Shown here: one piece after another, positions 61,593 through 64,000 of the stretch | Layout of the letters: each line of letters starts with the position of its first letter | How positions within the stretch are numbered: position 1 is the stretch's first letter | NCBI GenBank assembly: GCA_030704615.1 | Contig: CM060732.1 | Span: 68,138,001 to 68,202,000 of the forward strand | Direction of reading: 5' to 3' | Length of the DNA: 64,000 nucleotides | Origin: Takakia lepidozioides | Taxonomy: Eukaryota; Plantae; Bryophyta | Program-made: the position numbers and the translations under genes | The notes under the pieces: generated by a model | The model's database searches: none | The model's input: the letters and a program-made list of their open reading frames with translations, nothing else | Told to the model about the DNA's origin: nothing

Positions 61593-63478
61593 CTAATGTT
61601 TGGGCACATCCCGTGCCTTGACATCAAAAGACATCTCAACCAATCCAGTAATGCCGGCTCTGATTCGCTGACCTGCTTTGACAGGCCCAACGCCAGATGG
61701 AGTTCCTGCATTATTCAGGATAAGAATTGATGATGGCTATCTAAGAGATACTCCCATAGTACATAAAGGCCATACCTGTAGTAGAGTGCCCTGCACTGTA
61801 GCACCCTTAGTCCCCAGAAAAGTCATTCTTTCAGAGGGTGGAAGATATTAATTACATTCTCAAGTCCAACTTCATACATTTGTAAATTTGCAATAAGTAC
61901 AAAATTATCCGAAAACCTTTCACGCGGGCCGGCGGAGGCACTGTGGTGCAACTGATGATGATATCAGGCCCAAATAGGCTAGATTGTGCCGTAAAATTGA
62001 ACAAAATATAGTAATGTGAGGAGGGAGGATAGAAAGGTCATTGGAGGGAGCGTTCACCTGTAAGTATGACGTCGCCCTCATTAAGGGTCATGATGGTGCT
62101 AATATGACTGACAAGGAAAGGAATGCTGAAAATCATGTCCTTTGTACTGCCTTTCTGCTTCAGCTGTCCATCCACCTGCCCACCCACCCATTTTAGTTGC
62201 AGCTGTTAGATTTGGCATAAAAGAGCATGCCACATAGGGGACCAAAAAGTCATATGTTACCATTGCTAACTGACTGTCCAACCATAGCTTTTTGTATTAT
62301 TGCAATCAACTGTCACAGGCAAGTGGTCAGGCTAAATTAGTAGAAATCCTAAGCTTTGTTGTGAACAAGCACATGTTTGTAATCATTATTATCAACTGCA
62401 GATGCCTCCTACTAGGAACAACTGGGGATCTGGTACCTCTACATAAAGGGGCTGAGAGGAAGCTCCAGTGACCTTGGTACTGTAAATTGGTTACAAAACT
62501 GATTCTGAACAGTGGGCACCAGGTAGATATACCTCAAGCCATAGCTCCAAGTCATCATAGGCAGCCACCTTCTTCTTGGGTATCTGCATACATCAGTGAT
62601 ATACAGCCAGTTCACTCCATCAACAATTTCTTGTGTGTATTTGTCACAGAGAGAGAGAGAGAGAGAGAGAGAGACATGTATTTTGATTAAACCATAGCTC
62701 AGTTAAACATTATGACATAACCTTGCAGTCAAAGCCCTCTGGAACAACAACCCTGACAGGGCCCATTGTAGAATTTCCACCACAGGTGTGAAACGCAGCC
62801 TTGCTTATGCAATACCAATCTGGTTACAGGCGGACTGGGTCAAACAGTCGACTTTCACATTGTAGTGGCAAACATGATGTTGACGTACTACTGAGGTCCT
62901 CTCATAACACACGGAAGAACAGAGAAACACACAAACAGCAGGCACCAAAGAGAAGGCTGAATCTAATGCATAAAGGCTTAGAAGAAGGAAAATGGAAGGA
63001 GAAAAGTGGCAAAAGGGCATACATACAAAGTCGCCAATGGGTGTGAAAGTATCATATCCCTTGGCCAGCGTCCATGGTAGGCCTTTTGACTGCAGCAACA
63101 ACAGATAAGAACCATGTCATACGAATGTACAGTAACTACTTATCAAATCTAACCATGCACCCCAATCAAGAAAAACATTGGAATGATGGAAATGCCAGCC
63201 TTTATATCAATCTTCAATTTCCCATGTACAGATGCGAAGGATGGTGTACAAGCACTATGATAAATCAGCCCAGTTTCTATACACTAGTTGAAACCCACTA
63301 GTTGAAACCCCACCTACGGTTCAAGGAGGGTCTCTACACCAGCAACTATCCCCTGTAGGTGTAGCCAACATTCGTCAACGCAACTACATGTTCTCTCAAG
63401 GACATTAGCCCGGATCAACCTTTACCTTGGCAGCAGCTTGAAGCTCCCTTGCGGTCATGTCCAGGGCCAATGCATATC
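61593..63478 (-). CDS. FAHD1: Fumarylacetoacetate hydrolase domain protein (acylpyruvase FAHD1-like), 5' exons outside window. Exons ~63478-63426, 63089-63027, 62583-62533, 62175-62058, 61705-61593
   Basis: GYALALDMTARELQ, KGLPWTLAKGYDTFTPI, LELWL, QKGSTKDMIF..LVSHIS..MTLNEGDVILTGTPSGVGPV. Confidence 0.9.
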
Positions 63479-64000
63479 CTGCCAAATCTCACAAACCACA
63501 AGGTCTCAAACCTAAGTTTTCAACTGACCCCTTCTGGAAAGTTCCAATATTTGAGTAATACCCCGGAAAGCAGCAGAGCAATGCTCAAATAGAACTTTCC
63601 CAAACCAAGGGAGAGATCCTGATCAACATTCACCCAACCCCAACCCCTAACCCAATGACAATCCTGATGTTTCATAAAGACAAACTATGTGTTGGAGGTG
63701 TTTCACTTGTATTTCTATTTCTTGTCTTACTCTTGGAAAAAGATGGTGACATGCAACAAAAGCTCACAAGAGAAATCTCAGAGTACTGGCTTCTTCAATC
63801 CCAACCATTCGGGCAAAATGTTTCCACTCCGATTCCATTGGAAGTCTAGCATATTCTGTACCAAAACCATATGCTGAACAATTCTGGGACTGACTATTAT
63901 ACACACAGTGATTCAAATAAATCTAAAAAGCATTGTCAACTACCTCGCTGATCCTGAGTCTGCAAGACTGGTAGTGGCCCTCTACTTCTCTCTTCTCCTG

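Overview
Eukaryotic nuclear DNA from a land plant with flagellated sperm, probably a bryophyte or other seed-free plant. This is inferred from GT-AG introns, plant-specific genes, TTTAGGG telo-boxes and an axonemal DRC3 gene. Host genes recognised: threonine aldolase (5'-partial), RUS1/DUF647, intronless DRC3/LRRC48, an LWD/AN11(DCAF7)-type WD40 protein, V-ATPase c'', a PHD+telobox-Myb TRF-like protein, an At5g64816-like small Cys-rich protein and FAHD1 (5'-partial). Between and inside them lie copia, gypsy (one with a PHD finger), L1, pogo, hAT, Helitron-like and SINE-like remnants and a PPR pseudogene. Two things stand out. (1) An RTE/RTEX-like LINE family has almost no 3'UTR and no poly(A), inserts at TC-rich sites in introns (about 15 3' ends here) and has built a head-to-tail array of ~45-60 nt mini-insertions in (GA)n tracts. 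(2) A scrambled 14-19.4 kb block encodes a eukaryotic protein with a HicA (toxin-antitoxin mRNA interferase)-like C-terminal domain, next to a decayed orphan ORF with a CxxH-x4-CxxC motif. All family assignments are from motif recognition by eye; no database searches were run.
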